A DNA stretch of 52,496 nucleotides from Thraustochytrium aureum (Eukaryota), in NCBI GenBank assembly GCA_012862495.1, contig BLSG01000149.1, positions 96,561-149,056 of the forward strand. Direction: 5' to 3'. Each line of letters opens with the position of its first letter. The first letter of the stretch is position 1. Made by a program: the position numbers and the translations under genes. Below, in pieces: positions 32,070-43,307 of the stretch. The notes below the pieces were generated by a model. That model was given only the letters and a program-made list of their open reading frames with translations, was not told where the DNA came from and ran no database searches.

Positions 32070-33178
32070 CGGCTGAAGGACGCCCAGCCGTCGCGGATCG
32101 GCTTGTCGCGCAGCGGTCGAGCCTTGCCACCGTGGATCACCGAAATGGTATGGAGTCTGGCGAACTGGCAGCCGCCGAGCAAAAAGGCCGACACGGATCC
32201 ACGCTCTTCACCAGCGCACACCGCCTTGGTCTGTCATCAGGTCATCATCATACTTTGGCAAGGGGGAGGGATTGGAAACAGCCTCGCCGTGCCGACGCGG
32301 ACGGGAGGAAGTACAACTCTATCTACTCTGCTCGTACTCACTTTACCCACCTACTACTCCTTGTCTACTCGTTTGGAAACCGACTTGCAGCGCTCCTTGC
32401 TTGCAGTGCCGAAGGATTTTTTTTGGCGGGGAGGAGGGGGGAGGAGCACGCGCGACAAGGTTGTTCGAAGGTTCATACCAACTCAGACGCCAACAAAACA
32501 GTGTGCTCCATCCAACACGGCGAGTTCTCACAAAAAGAGGAACCTACTTGCCCAGCTTGCTGTAGGTACGGAGCAGCCAGCGCTTTGTCCTGCCGCCGCC
32601 AGCGCGGCTCGCCACGTGGCTTGCCGACAACCGCGAGACGCGATTCGTGAAAGCAAGAGCCTCCTACTTGCTCAGGCTACTCTTGCGGTGGAGTAGGGTG
32701 AAACTCGTGCCCTGTTGGTGATCAAGGAGGACGGATCCTCCTTGGTCGGATGGGCACGAGCCGCTGCTCCAGAAATCGGCTCATCGCCTGATGAGGTCAG
32801 TCGTCGCAGTCGTCACGGTCGACCGTGCAAAACGGATCGCCGTCCACCGTCACCGTGAGACCAACTGCGGTCTGAGCGCAAACCATCGTTCCCAGTCGAG
32901 AGTGCACCCCCCACTCATCAGAACTGGTAGGACTCGAGCAGTGGTACCAGGAGTCGAAAACCAGACCGTGTTTTGCCCGCTAATTCTGCAATCCCGCAAT
33001 GTGAAGAGATGTTACCGGCAAGCAACGACTTGATTGGCTTCGCAAGCTGCAAATCATGAGCTCATGAGTCACGAGTTACAAGAACCAACCACGCGAGACG
33101 CCAGTTCGTGGCAAGGCCGCGCAAAAGCAAAGTACTCTAGCGCACTAGTAGCGTCGAACAATAAATTTTTAAAAAGAT

Positions 33179-33741
33179 TTACGCCATCTTCTGGAGGTCG
33201 CCAAGCTTCATGACGAGGCCCATGTTGCCCTTGAACTTGATCTTGCCGGACATGAACATTTGCTGGCCGTTGGCCTTGCCGCTCATGAGGGCGATGAAGT
33301 CAGAGTCCTTCATGGTAAGGGTGACATCAGCCTTGCCGGCCTTGCCCTGCTCGACCTTGCCAGACTTGAGGTCGAGGACCCACTCGGAGTTCGGGCCGGT
33401 GAGGTTGAACTGGAAGACGCCGTTGATCTTCTTAACCTGGTCCTTGCTGCGCAACTCAATTGGATTTTTTGGACGTGGCGCGTTTCTTTGTTAGCAATAG
33501 GCGCATGGAGCGACTCGAACGGGACTGGCCAACGCAAGCCCGGCCAACGCAAGCCCGGCCAACAACGCAAGCCCGGCCAACGCAAGCCCGGCGCAGCCCA
33601 GCCTTGCTGGAATCGACGCAGCTTCGCGAGCGGGCGGTGTCTCGCGCGTTTGGTCGCACTTGATTGAAGCCAAAAACAACAGACTTACTTGGCGGGGTCG
33701 GCGACGGCCTTGGCGAGCTGGTCAAAGATCTGCTGCGACAT
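33179..33741 (-). CDS. SCP2 sterol-carrier domain protein (106 aa, two exons)
   Basis: Exons 33689-33741 and 33179-33446, intron gtaagt...gcag. Motifs W.LDLK.G, ADVTLTM.DSDF..L.SGK.N.Q..FM.GK.K.KGNM.L.MKL. Confidence 0.93.
33527..33591. repeat. 15-bp tandem repeat (ggccaacgcaagccc) x4 within the SCP2 intron
   Basis: Read directly from the sequence. Confidence 0.9.
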
Positions 33742-34592
33742 GGTGGTGCTGCGAGTGGGACTGGCTCGGGATATCTCTGCTTTGCTAGCTTGCTGCGCTG
33801 TAGGCGTGATCTTCGTTTGGGGTCTGCTCGGCTTCCTCGCTCGTCGTGTCTGCCGCGTCTGTCGCCCTCCTCATTGTCGATGAGACCCACCTTGCATGCA
33901 AGGGCACGGCACTCCGTGGAGCCACTGAGAGGCGTATCTTATCTGCGGCAAGCTTGCGGCCCGCGCGGCTCGCTCGAGTGCTTGGCGGCCAGGGGCGGAC
34001 TGGCGCGGACATCCCTGCACTGAAATCGCTGACACGATGGCCTCCACAGCCTGCGCACCGCACGATACCAGCGAGTAGACGTCGCTGCAGGGAGCCAACA
34101 AGCACTCCCTCGCCGCTCGCGTTCTCTCGCGCAACCCAAAGGGCGACTTGATGAAAGCCCAGGCGCAAGCCCTCGCGTGACGCCAGCGCGCCGTGGTGGG
34201 GAGCACAGAAGCCGCAGGTGACGTCACGGCCAGTGCTGCGCAACCAAACTCTGCAGGAAAATGAATTCGCCAATTCCCAGCTCACATTCTTCTGGACACG
34301 AGAGGAAGTGCTCGCTCTGTTCCGGCGCTGTAGCGAACAAAAAGAATCAACAATCTCCAATTGATTGTTGTTCATGAACTTTTGAAATCAAAGAAAACAA
34401 AAAGATACTCCTCAGACCTGGCGGCCGAGATCGAGCAGCGCGGCGACGGCGCTCTCGAGCAGGAGAGACAAGCAAGCTGCCAGCTGCGGTCTTACCGGTT
34501 CGCGGGAAAGGGATCTGGAGAGCTCCATCGCGGCCGCGCTCTCGGACAAGCAGCAGGAGGAGGGGCTGAAGAGTTGAAGAGTTTTGAAGAGA

Positions 34593-35590
34593 ATGCAAGA
34601 CGATGCCAAGGCCACGGAAGCAAACGAGCACAGGCTCGTGCGCCACCTGTCGCGCAAGCACCTCGCGACTGACGGGTTCCAAGACTCCCTCGAGGGCCGA
34701 AAGCCCGCGGAGCGAAAAAGGCCGCCGTTGCGACCAAGCTTGCCGGCTGGAAGCACTTTGTCGCTGGCGGAGTCGCTGGCGCCTGCGAAGTTGTTGGGAC
34801 GATGCCACTCGACGTCGCAAAGACGCAGATGCAAATTAATCCGGGCAAGTTTTCGGGCCCCATAGACGCCCTCGTCAAGATCGGTCAGCACGGCGGCGCT
34901 CGGGCGCTCTACTACGGGATGCCGGCGTTCCTAACGCAGACCTCGGCCAAGGCGGCGATCAGGTTCTATGGCTTTTCGCAGTGCAAGGACCTGACGACCA
35001 TGGCGATTGGGCCCGAAGCGGCCAAGCGGAACGATTCTCTTGTTAACCTCGTGTCAGGCCTCGGCGCTGGGGCCATGGAAGCGGCCATCTGGACCACACC
35101 CACCGAGCGCCTCAAGGTCCTCCGCCAGGCCGAAGCCAACTCGGAGGGTCCGAAACGTTTCAACTCGATGCTCGGCACAACCCGCATCATCCTTGCAGAG
35201 GAGGGCGTCGCAGGCCTCTTTGTCGGGCTTGTCCCTTGCGTGCTTCGCCAGGCTTCGAGCGTGGGCTTTCGCTTCATGACCTACCAACCTACCAAGGACC
35301 TCCTCGTCAAGGCGAGCGGACAGCAAGAGAACGTGGCCATTTTCATGCTCGCTGGTGGTACCGTCGGAGGCCTATCGGTGGCTTTTAACAACCCGGTTGA
35401 CGTCATCAAAAACGTGCAACAGGCTGGCAACAAGGGCGGCACTATACAAGTTACGAAAGAGATCTTTGCCGCCAGCGGGCTCTCGGGTTTCTACCGTGGC
35501 CTCAGCGCGCGTGTGCCGCGCGTTTTTGCGGGCCAGGCGATAACCTTTGCAGCGTATGAAACAGTGGCAGGATACTTGCTCAATCTCTAA
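34593..35590 (+). CDS. mitochondrial carrier (SLC25), citrate/tricarboxylate or succinate-fumarate type
   Basis: Three P.[DE]..K motifs (PLDVAKTQMQ, PTERLKV, PVDVIKN), plus KAAIRF, LRQ...G.RF and R.PR. KHFVAGGVAGACEV lies upstream of 34802, and the ATG at 34593 joins it if one A is added at 34715-34719. Confidence 0.92.
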
Positions 35591-36570
35591 TTATATAGGC
35601 TGGGCTGTGACGGGGCGTCTCTGCGCTCGACGGAGCTGCGTGCTGAAGAGGCCCCAGACTGGTCCCGAAAGGATCCGGAATCACAACCAAAGTTTTAATT
35701 AAAAGAAGCGTGCCGAGATTTTGGTGTTTCACTCTCGCCCGGTCGGCCATCCTCTCTACCTGCTCTTTGGTAGCCTCCCCAGCTAGAGGTTACACTCCGT
35801 ACACTTTCAACTCGGAGTCACATTGGATCCGCTTGCGACTCGTTCATGTTCGACGTTTCTGGTGATGCGGGTGATCAGTCGATGCTGCCGAAAGCCGCGC
35901 CTTGTTTTGCTTTCGGTTTCCGGCGTGCCTTTCTCCATTTTCCGTTTTCGTCGAGTACCTCTTACTCGCGCAGCTCCCATCAACGAGCTCGAGTCAGACC
36001 TGGCATGCCATCATCGGTCCAGCGCAACGTCTTTGGTTTACTTGCCAATTTATTATAAATGCATTCAGTTCCGTATCCTGGAGGACCTCTAGCACATGGC
36101 AGCCGCCTGAAGGGCTGTCTGGCCCTAGCTGCCTCTCTCTCTATACTAGCGCGAGAGAGAGACATCTACTCTAGCTAGAGCTCTTTTAAAATGCGGAAGG
36201 CCCAGTCGCCGTCGCCCGCTTGTGACAAGATTCAAGCGTAGCCGGTCTCGATGAAAAGAGTAGCCGCCAAACAGTAGCAGGATGGGGAAAAGAAAAGTAG
36301 GGAATGGAAAGCGAGTCGTTTATCTGCTGCTGCTGCTGCTGCTGCTGCCTATATGTTGCGTGCATGCATCCAAAGAGAGCAGTAGTCTAAGAGTGAGGGT
36401 GTTGGTCCCATGGCACCGCCTTCATTACTCGCACGGTCTTGGCATTGAGCGATCACGCACCAGAGCGTGCTTGGTCCCACATCCGCGTCCAGCGGCGCAT
36501 TGAATCATCGACGCAAGTTACCTAGCGCGACCATGCCTACAGTACACATTGCCGACCAGGGCTCTGCCTC

Positions 36571-37977
36571 TCACAATAACTGTCCAGACTCGGAACCGAC
36601 GAGAGCTTGCAAAACGAGACGGACCATGTGCGTGCGAGTCTTGCCGCTCGTGTCGCCAGAGCACATCGGAGTGCTTGCGCAGTACAAGCCAGCTTCAAAG
36701 GCAACCTGCGCCGAGAGGTCTTCCAAGGCATCTGCCGCCACGCCATCAAGTTTGGCCAGAGCCAAGTCATCCAACGCAGCTACGACATTGACGAGAATGG
36801 ACCGGTTGCGCGACGAACCGTGCATGGACCGCAAGAGGTCCAGCGCGCGAAGCTGGCGTTGCGAAGGTCGAGCAGACTCCACGTTCAACACGCGACGAAG
36901 GCCATCAAAGCAGTCCAGGTAGCCAGCGAGCTCGCCGGCAGCAATGACAGCAGCGCCGCCGTCCACCGAAGCGGAGCGCAGAACGGGCTCGGGCGCCCGC
37001 TGCAAGAGGCACATTCGCGCTTGACGAAGCCGCGTCGAGTCACCATTGCCTCCCGGCTGCAGCGGCCCCGACAAGGCAGGACCGGCGTCCAAGTGCTCGG
37101 CTCCCTCGAGCACATTCACGTAGCCCTCCTCCCAGACAAAATTCCCTGCCGCGTTCTCCATCGAGCAGGTGTAAGTGCCACTGTGCGAAAGCTCGGCCTT
37201 ATGCACGACCAGACGACTGTTGGTAGCCCCGGGAATGTCGACGCCGTTCAGCCTCCATTGCAGCTTCGGCTCGGGCAAGCCAGCGACCTCGATTGCAAAC
37301 GAGAAGGGGGATCCGCGCGCAACCGTGTGGAAGAACGCCTTGGAGCTCGAGCTTGGTGAGGCCACCTTGTGAAGCTTAACGACGCCGACGGCGACCGCGC
37401 ACGCTATGCCAACGACGACCGCTACTGCGACCCAAATTCGCAAACCCAAGAGCGCTTGCGGCGCTGGCGCTTTGCTTGCCATCGCGCCTGGCGAGACTGG
37501 AGCAGACTTTGCCGGTCGCGCCTCCAGCTCTGCATTTGCCGGCGCCACCACATGGCACGCCAGGTTGGCCCTACTCCGCTTGGCAAGACCAAAGGAGGGG
37601 TGCGCGTTTTTTTCCTCTTGCAAGTCCGCGTGTTCGACCTGGATCTCTTTGCGGCGAGCCGCGTCCTCGAGCCGAGATTGCCGTGCTCGCGCCTCCGCGC
37701 CATCACGTGTGGGCGCGACCGCAACATCGCGTCGCGCCTTCAGAGGGCTGCGCGAAAAGCCACTCGGAGCTTTGCCACCGCGCACAGCGCGTCGAGCAGT
37801 CGCCTTGCGGATATTGCCATTCTCGGCGCGGATGTTTTCGCGGTTGATGTTTTCAGAGTCGTCGATCTCGGCGGCGTGCGCACGCTGGCTCTTGCCATCT
37901 TGCTTGCTGCCGCTCCTGCTCCTGCTCCTGCTTGCATTCAGCGATTGGCCGAGCGGGGTGGCGGCGCGCGAGCTCAT
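36571..37977 (-). CDS. single-pass membrane protein with one immunoglobulin (I-set-like) domain
   Basis: Basic disordered N-terminus, TM (IWVAVAVVVGIACAVAVGVV), then G.P.P.LQW..NGVDIPGAT...L.V......SGTYTC..EN.AG at about 37110-37340. Confidence 0.8.
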   Translation of the reverse strand: MSSRAATPLGQSLNASRSRSRSGSKQDGKSQRAHAAEIDDSENINRENIRAENGNIRKATARRAVRGGKAPSGFSRSPLKARRDVAVAPTRDGAEARARQSRLEDAARRKEIQVEHADLQEEKNAHPSFGLAKRSRANLACHVVAPANAELEARPAKSAPVSPGAMASKAPAPQALLGLRIWVAVAVVVGIACAVAVGVVKLHKVASPSSSSKAFFHTVARGSPFSFAIEVAGLPEPKLQWRLNGVDIPGATNSRLVVHKAELSHSGTYTCSMENAAGNFVWEEGYVNVLEGAEHLDAGPALSGPLQPGGNGDSTRLRQARMCLLQRAPEPVLRSASVDGGAAVIAAGELAGYLDCFDGLRRVLNVESARPSQRQLRALDLLRSMHGSSRNRSILVNVVAALDDLALAKLDGVAADALEDLSAQVAFEAGLYCASTPMCSGDTSGKTRTHMVRLVLQALVGSESGQLL

Positions 37978-38950
37978 CCCTGTGCTGTTTGGACCGCTCT
38001 CCACTTTTTGTTTTATCAAGCCGCAGCCTGCCTCGCGGTCCGCTGGCTCGCGTCTACGACGGCGGCACCGGCCGCCGGTGGGGACTCGGTCTCTCTTCGC
38101 CCGTCCTCGCGAAGCACTTGGAACGATCGGTGCACAGCGATACCTCTTGCCGTTGTCCACAGCGTCCTCTGCGGCTCGCGTTTCGAGCGTCCCTTGCCGC
38201 GAAGGCTAGCTGCGCGCTGAGCGCCGTTTCTGCGGTGTGACAGCAGGTGTTGGCGCTGGCGGTCTGCTCGCGTTGGCCTGCTGCTGGTGCTGCTGGTGCT
38301 GCTGGCGGACTGCTGGCGGGCTGCTCGTTCTGTTGGTGATCGTGGTGGCGACGGTGGTCTGCTGTGCTCTGCCGTGGTCTGCCGTGCTGGTTGTCAGCCA
38401 GCTCCTTGCAGCTCTGCTGGAATCGAACAATCGTCCCAGTCCCTTCCTCTCGCTCCCTCTTGGCGGCGCTCTTCAGCGCACAAAGTTTCAAGCTATCTTT
38501 GGATTCTCTCCGTTGCCTCTTCTGTTGTTTTGCTTTTTAGACTCGCGGCGTCGCGCCTCCCGCGGCGGCCCGTGCTCTGTGGAAGGAAGGAAGGAAGGAA
38601 AAAGGAGGCGAAGGAGGCGAAGGAGGGGAGTTGCCTCTCACACGAGCTGTCCATCCGTCTTGGCCGAACTCGCCTCCAAATCCGTCCGAGTCCATCCAAT
38701 CTCTGGCAATCTCTGGCAATCGCTGGCAATCGCTGGCAGGCGTCCGAATTTCCCAAGCCCAACTCTGTGCTTCCTTCGCAAGGCAGACGGGCCTCATGCC
38801 TTTCTGAAACTCGTTCTCTCCCTCCCGGCGACCTGCTCGCGTCCGTTAGTGCGCGTCCGACCCCTGCGCGACCAGTTCAGGAACGCAGTGGCCGACGGAG
38901 CCCGACGGAGGGGCGGCGCTGCGTGGCTGGCGCCCGCAGACGAGCCGGAA

Positions 38951-40027
38951 ATGGCAGAGACGGTCGCGCGGGCGGCGCTTTCACTGTTGCAGGCGGACGA
39001 GGCCAGGCCAAAGCGACCCCGAGTCGATGACGCCGAAGCCACGGCCGCGCCGCCCAGCGAGTGGTGGCTTGCTGCGCTGCGGGACGACGCCGTCTCGGTG
39101 GTCCGAGTCGACGACGCGCGTGCGCTGGGCGTTCTTGCTACAGAGCTAGCACGAAGTGACATGGACGCGGCGGCCCTCAAGGCCACGCTCTCGGACCCCC
39201 AAAAGACTGTGCAAGCCTTCATTGACCACATCGCGCTGCCGAGGCTTGCCGCCGGGCGTGGCCGCAGATTCAGCGAGCTCGGGGCTGTCGTTGGCTCTGC
39301 TGTTTTGGCCAGTGCTGGCAGTCAGGCCGCCTCCGAAACAGTTCCATTAGACAGGGCCAGCCTGGATGACAACGAGGGAGGTCCTGCGAGGCGCAACGGC
39401 GAGGCGACGCGCAACGGCGAGGCGACGCGCAACGGCGAGCCGCAGGGGCCGGAGGCACAGACGGCGCAACATCAAGTCGAGTTCCTCCGCCTCGCGCTGC
39501 AGCTGAAAAAGGAAAAGAGAACAGGCTGGGTGTTGCGTGAGATTGAGGAAGCGGAGAGCGTGGCTGACCACAGCTTTGGCGTTGGTCTGTGCGCGATGCT
39601 TGTGCGTTCGGACGGTCTGGACTGGCAAAAAGCATGTCTGATGGGGTTGGTGCACGACCTTGCCGAGGCGATCGTGGGTGACCTTGTACCTGGGCAAGTC
39701 TCTGCTGCAGACAAGCACCAGCAAGAGACGCAGGCGATGGAGAGGCTTATCCATGGCAAGCTTGCGGGCAGCCCTGCTGCCCGCTCTATAGAGGCGCTCT
39801 GGCAGGAGTATGAAGCGCGCGCATCGCCCGAGGCTCGCCTCGTCAAAGATCTAGACCGCTTCGAGATGATCTTGCAAGCAGACACTTATGAGCGCGCGGA
39901 TTCGAGCCGCGACCTGACCGAGTTTTTCACAGGCGTTCGCGGCAAGCTTGAGAACCCGCAAGTCGCCGCCTGGCAGCGCGCCCTTGAGCGCGACAGGGAC
40001 GCCCGTCGCGCAGCCGCCTCGAGTTAG
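38951..40027 (+). CDS. HD-domain 5'-deoxynucleotidase (HDDC2/YfbR-like) with N-terminal extension
   Basis: Motifs LK...RTGW, ESVADHS, LVHDLAEAIVGD, LW.EYE...SPEARLVKDLD.FEMILQA..YE and L.EFF. Confidence 0.93.
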   Translation: MAETVARAALSLLQADEARPKRPRVDDAEATAAPPSEWWLAALRDDAVSVVRVDDARALGVLATELARSDMDAAALKATLSDPQKTVQAFIDHIALPRLAAGRGRRFSELGAVVGSAVLASAGSQAASETVPLDRASLDDNEGGPARRNGEATRNGEATRNGEPQGPEAQTAQHQVEFLRLALQLKKEKRTGWVLREIEEAESVADHSFGVGLCAMLVRSDGLDWQKACLMGLVHDLAEAIVGDLVPGQVSAADKHQQETQAMERLIHGKLAGSPAARSIEALWQEYEARASPEARLVKDLDRFEMILQADTYERADSSRDLTEFFTGVRGKLENPQVAAWQRALERDRDARRAAASS

Positions 40028-40632
40028 ATACCCATGCAATGATTTCGCATCACAAAGCGGCTCTCGCAAGCACTTGCCTCCACGGGGGCCGTTTCGGCAG
40101 AAAGCACGAAAACCCGGGAGCACTGCCCGGCTCTCCGCGACTCTACCAACCCTGAAACGTGTCAGCCAACCACGGCCATGCAAAAGTGCCGTTGGCAGCT
40201 CACGCTGGGGCAAGAGGTGGACGACTGGGTTGCCTTGGTTACTCAATCAATGCGCTTGGTGCGGGACCCGCGCGGTCTCCAAGAGTTGAACGTTGCCAAA
40301 CCATCTGCTGAAGGCGGCAGCGACCGGGGGCTCTCGCTGCGCCGAGGAGGCTTGACGCTGGAGACACGTGGCTGGAGAGCAGCCAAACCAGCCTCGTGGG
40401 AGAGATCTGGGAGTCTGTCTGCACCACCGTGTCACAGTTGACGCAGAGTATGACGAATGCCATGCCAGCGTACTGAGTACTTGCATTCCAGTCCTCGAGA
40501 GCGTGTGCCTACGTGCCGTCAGTACCGCATCCAGTTGAGCAGCACGGCGACCAATGGTAGGGAGATCGGCCACGAGTAGCCAGCCCGATCGTAAGTGCTG
40601 TGACCTCGTGTATCTCGATCAACTTGCAAGAA

Positions 40633-40634
<2 letters not shown>

Positions 40635-40666
<32 letters not shown>
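40635..40666. repeat. (GACA)n microsatellite
   Basis: Read directly from the sequence. Confidence 0.9.
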
Positions 40667-40775
40667 CCGCAGCAGAGCAGAGCGGCAGCTCGAACGGCAT
40701 AGTCGGTCCGCAGCGCGGGGCGCCCGGGCGCGACAGACCGTGTCGCGGTCTCTGCGCTCCCAAGGTGGAGGCCAG

Positions 40776-41841
40776 ATGGCGAGTGGCGTGCTGGCCCCGC
40801 TCCTCGTCGGCGGGGAGAATGGTCTGCTCGAGATTTGGGCTGTTGCAAAGCGAGCGGTGGCAGACGCCCTTTCGTTTGAGCTCGTCGCGCGGTTGGAGGG
40901 CCACTCTGGAACGGTGATGTGCACCGCCGTCTCCCCGGACGCCAACCTCGCCGCCTCGGGGTCATACGACAACTCNNNNNNNNNNNNNNNNNNNNNNNNN
41001 NNNNNNNNNNNNNNNNNNNNNNNNNNNNNNNNNNNNNNNNNNNNNNNNNNNNNNNNNNNNNNNNNNNNNNNNNNNNNNNNNNNNNNNNNNNNNNNNNNNN
41101 NNNNNNNNNNNNNNNNNNNNNNNNNNNNNNNNNNNNNNNNNNNNNNNNNNNNNNNNNNNNNNNNNNNNNNNNNNNNNNNNNNNNNNNNNNNNNAGCGTCA
41201 CAACTCGAGCACTTGGTCTAGTGTGCCTCCTCGACGACCCCGACGGGTGCGTGCACAGCGTTGTGTTCACCAATGACGGCGCAGGCCTGTTGGCAGCAGA
41301 CGAAAGCGCCAGGCTGCACCGCTGGGCTTGGGACGCGGAGAAATCCGAGTTCAGGAAAACCGCGGAACCACTAGTGCTGGACGCCCCGGTCTTTGGCGGT
41401 CTAGTCTGGTCTGAGAACGATGACAAAGGTGGACTTGTTGTCTCTGCTCATCGTGATAGTTCGGTACGAACTTGGAGCGGCCAGTCCATGGAGCTAGCAC
41501 ACCGAGCCATGGCCAGCAGACGGCTCGTTGAATGCGTCGCTGCTGGCAGCGGAGAGACGCGCGACTTGGCAGCGACGGGCTCCGACGACGGCACAGTGTC
41601 GCTCTGGGAAATTTCGACGATGAGGCGGGTCAAAAAGCTCGCTGGTCATGACAAGTGGGTCCTGGGCGTCTGCTTCGGCCCGGGAAGGGTTTTGGCCTCT
41701 GTTTCAGCTGACGGGACACTGCAAGTTTGGGATGCGGTCCTCGGCGAGAGTCTGGGCGGATGCAGCATTGGGCGCGGACAAAAGCTGCATGCCGTGAACT
41801 TTATCCTCGCGTCAACGACGGCACCTCGGGTGGCGGGATGA
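40776..41841 (+). CDS. WD40-repeat protein
   Basis: LEGHSGTV..TAVSPD...AASGSYDN, ATGSDDGTV.LWE and LAGHDKWV..V.F.....LASVSADGTLQVWD. It spans gap 40976-41193. Confidence 0.9.
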
Positions 41842-43307
41842 ATCGCGTTTTCTCTCCGTCGTGGAGAGCCGTGCCTCCTGCAGTGCCTGCTTGACTCGCA
41901 CCACGAGGTTTTTTAAATGCCTTTACCGGTACCAAGCTCTAGCTAGAGAGAGGTTATTGCTCTTGTGAACGTGCTGAATGTCTCGTCACTGATGAGTCGT
42001 CAGCCAAGCAACTTGAAGCAAGCCAATCCAAGCCAAGTACTCTACTCCCTACTCGTGCTCTGCAGCGTGCAAGGGGAGCAGAAAAGGCTGAAGTGGACAA
42101 TTCCAGACAGCGTGAAACATGGACGTCCGAGTCTTCCGTCCGCATCTGAAAGGCGATGTCACCAGAATCAACACGAGGTTTGACGAGTACTCTGCCAAGT
42201 TGCTCTGGGTAGCTTCGTTGGCGCGACGCTCCAGTTGTCGCTACACGTTTCGTCAAAGTAACGTGGCGAAGAGTACATCGTGTGACGCGGCCTGCGAAGA
42301 GTATGTTGATTTTGAAACCCCGCCGAACTCATGTCATGATCAGTCGCCGCGTCCTCTTCTTTTGCTTCTTTGGCTCACCGTCATGAACGAACCACAGCAA
42401 GTAAAAATGGCCACCTCCTGGCGAACGAATGCCGAGCGCGACTTTTGCGCTACTTTCGGAATATCTATTTCAAAATGCATTGCTTACTCTCAAAGCTGTA
42501 CTCCCAGAAAAAATATTAAACTGTCGAATTACCCTCACATGTAGGGTATGCAGTTCCTTTTCTTTGCGCGAACGTCTGCCTTCCAGTGCCTGCCTGCCTG
42601 CCTGCCGGCCTGCCTGCCTTCAGGTGAGTCAAATCACCCCAAACGCCGGCTTGCCATGCTGCTCACACCATCAGCCCAGCGTCGGCCAAGGTTTTAGCTG
42701 CCATTCAGGCAACGACGAGAAAGGTTTGGCCTGGTAGAGTGTATTCCTTTGCGGACTGACAGGCAAGGAGGCAGGCATCCGAGGCAGTCAAAAACGAAAG
42801 AATCCGATCGACGCCGAGAGCAGCAAGAGGAACGATAGCAAACTGAATAGGCACGCACAGGCAGACGGGCAGGGCAGGCGGATTGGCAGGCAGGCAGGCA
42901 GCCAATCAACACACTCCACTTCGTGTCCCTACCCTGCTAGTTTCTTGAACAAAAGGGCACCAGCCGACTCTATCCACCCTCCGGTGCGAACTGTGCTCAC
43001 CAGGAACCAAGCAGGGCATTCGAATTGAAATCCCTTTTGATTGCGGGCCCTTTTATCCGCCGGCCAGCACGAACACAATTTCGAGCGGCAGTCCCATATC
43101 ACTCGAACGGTGACGGATCACAACTTTGCAGAAGCAGGCGAGACGACCTGGATCCTTCTCTGTGGGCAGCGAGCGCATCATCATCGCTCAAGGGGGTTGC
43201 AGCCACTTGACTCAACACGACGAACTCCTCCAAGTTCCAAGCCCGCCAAAGCTGTGAACGAGGCCACAACGAAGCTCAGTAAAGTTCGCAAGCTGCGCAA
43301 GAGGACA

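Noticed and set aside
36133..36161. ctctctctct...gagagagag hairpin as a terminator
   Set aside because: A dinucleotide microsatellite pair in a eukaryotic context, with no basis for a Rho-independent terminator call.
38237..38950. N-terminal 238 codons of the 596-aa ORF (Cys/Trp-rich, hydrophobic)
   Set aside because: Non-ATG start and built from (GCT)/(GGAA) simple repeats in a divergent intergenic region. The first ATG is at 38951.
41850..43000. Short ORFs (41954-42256, 42119-42544) in a lower-GC stretch
   Set aside because: No motifs or transposase/RT similarity that I can recognise, so I treated the stretch as intergenic.
43041..43307. 89-aa N-terminal extension of the kinase
   Set aside because: It begins at TTG, and the MGC acylation motif at 43308 must be N-terminal to function.
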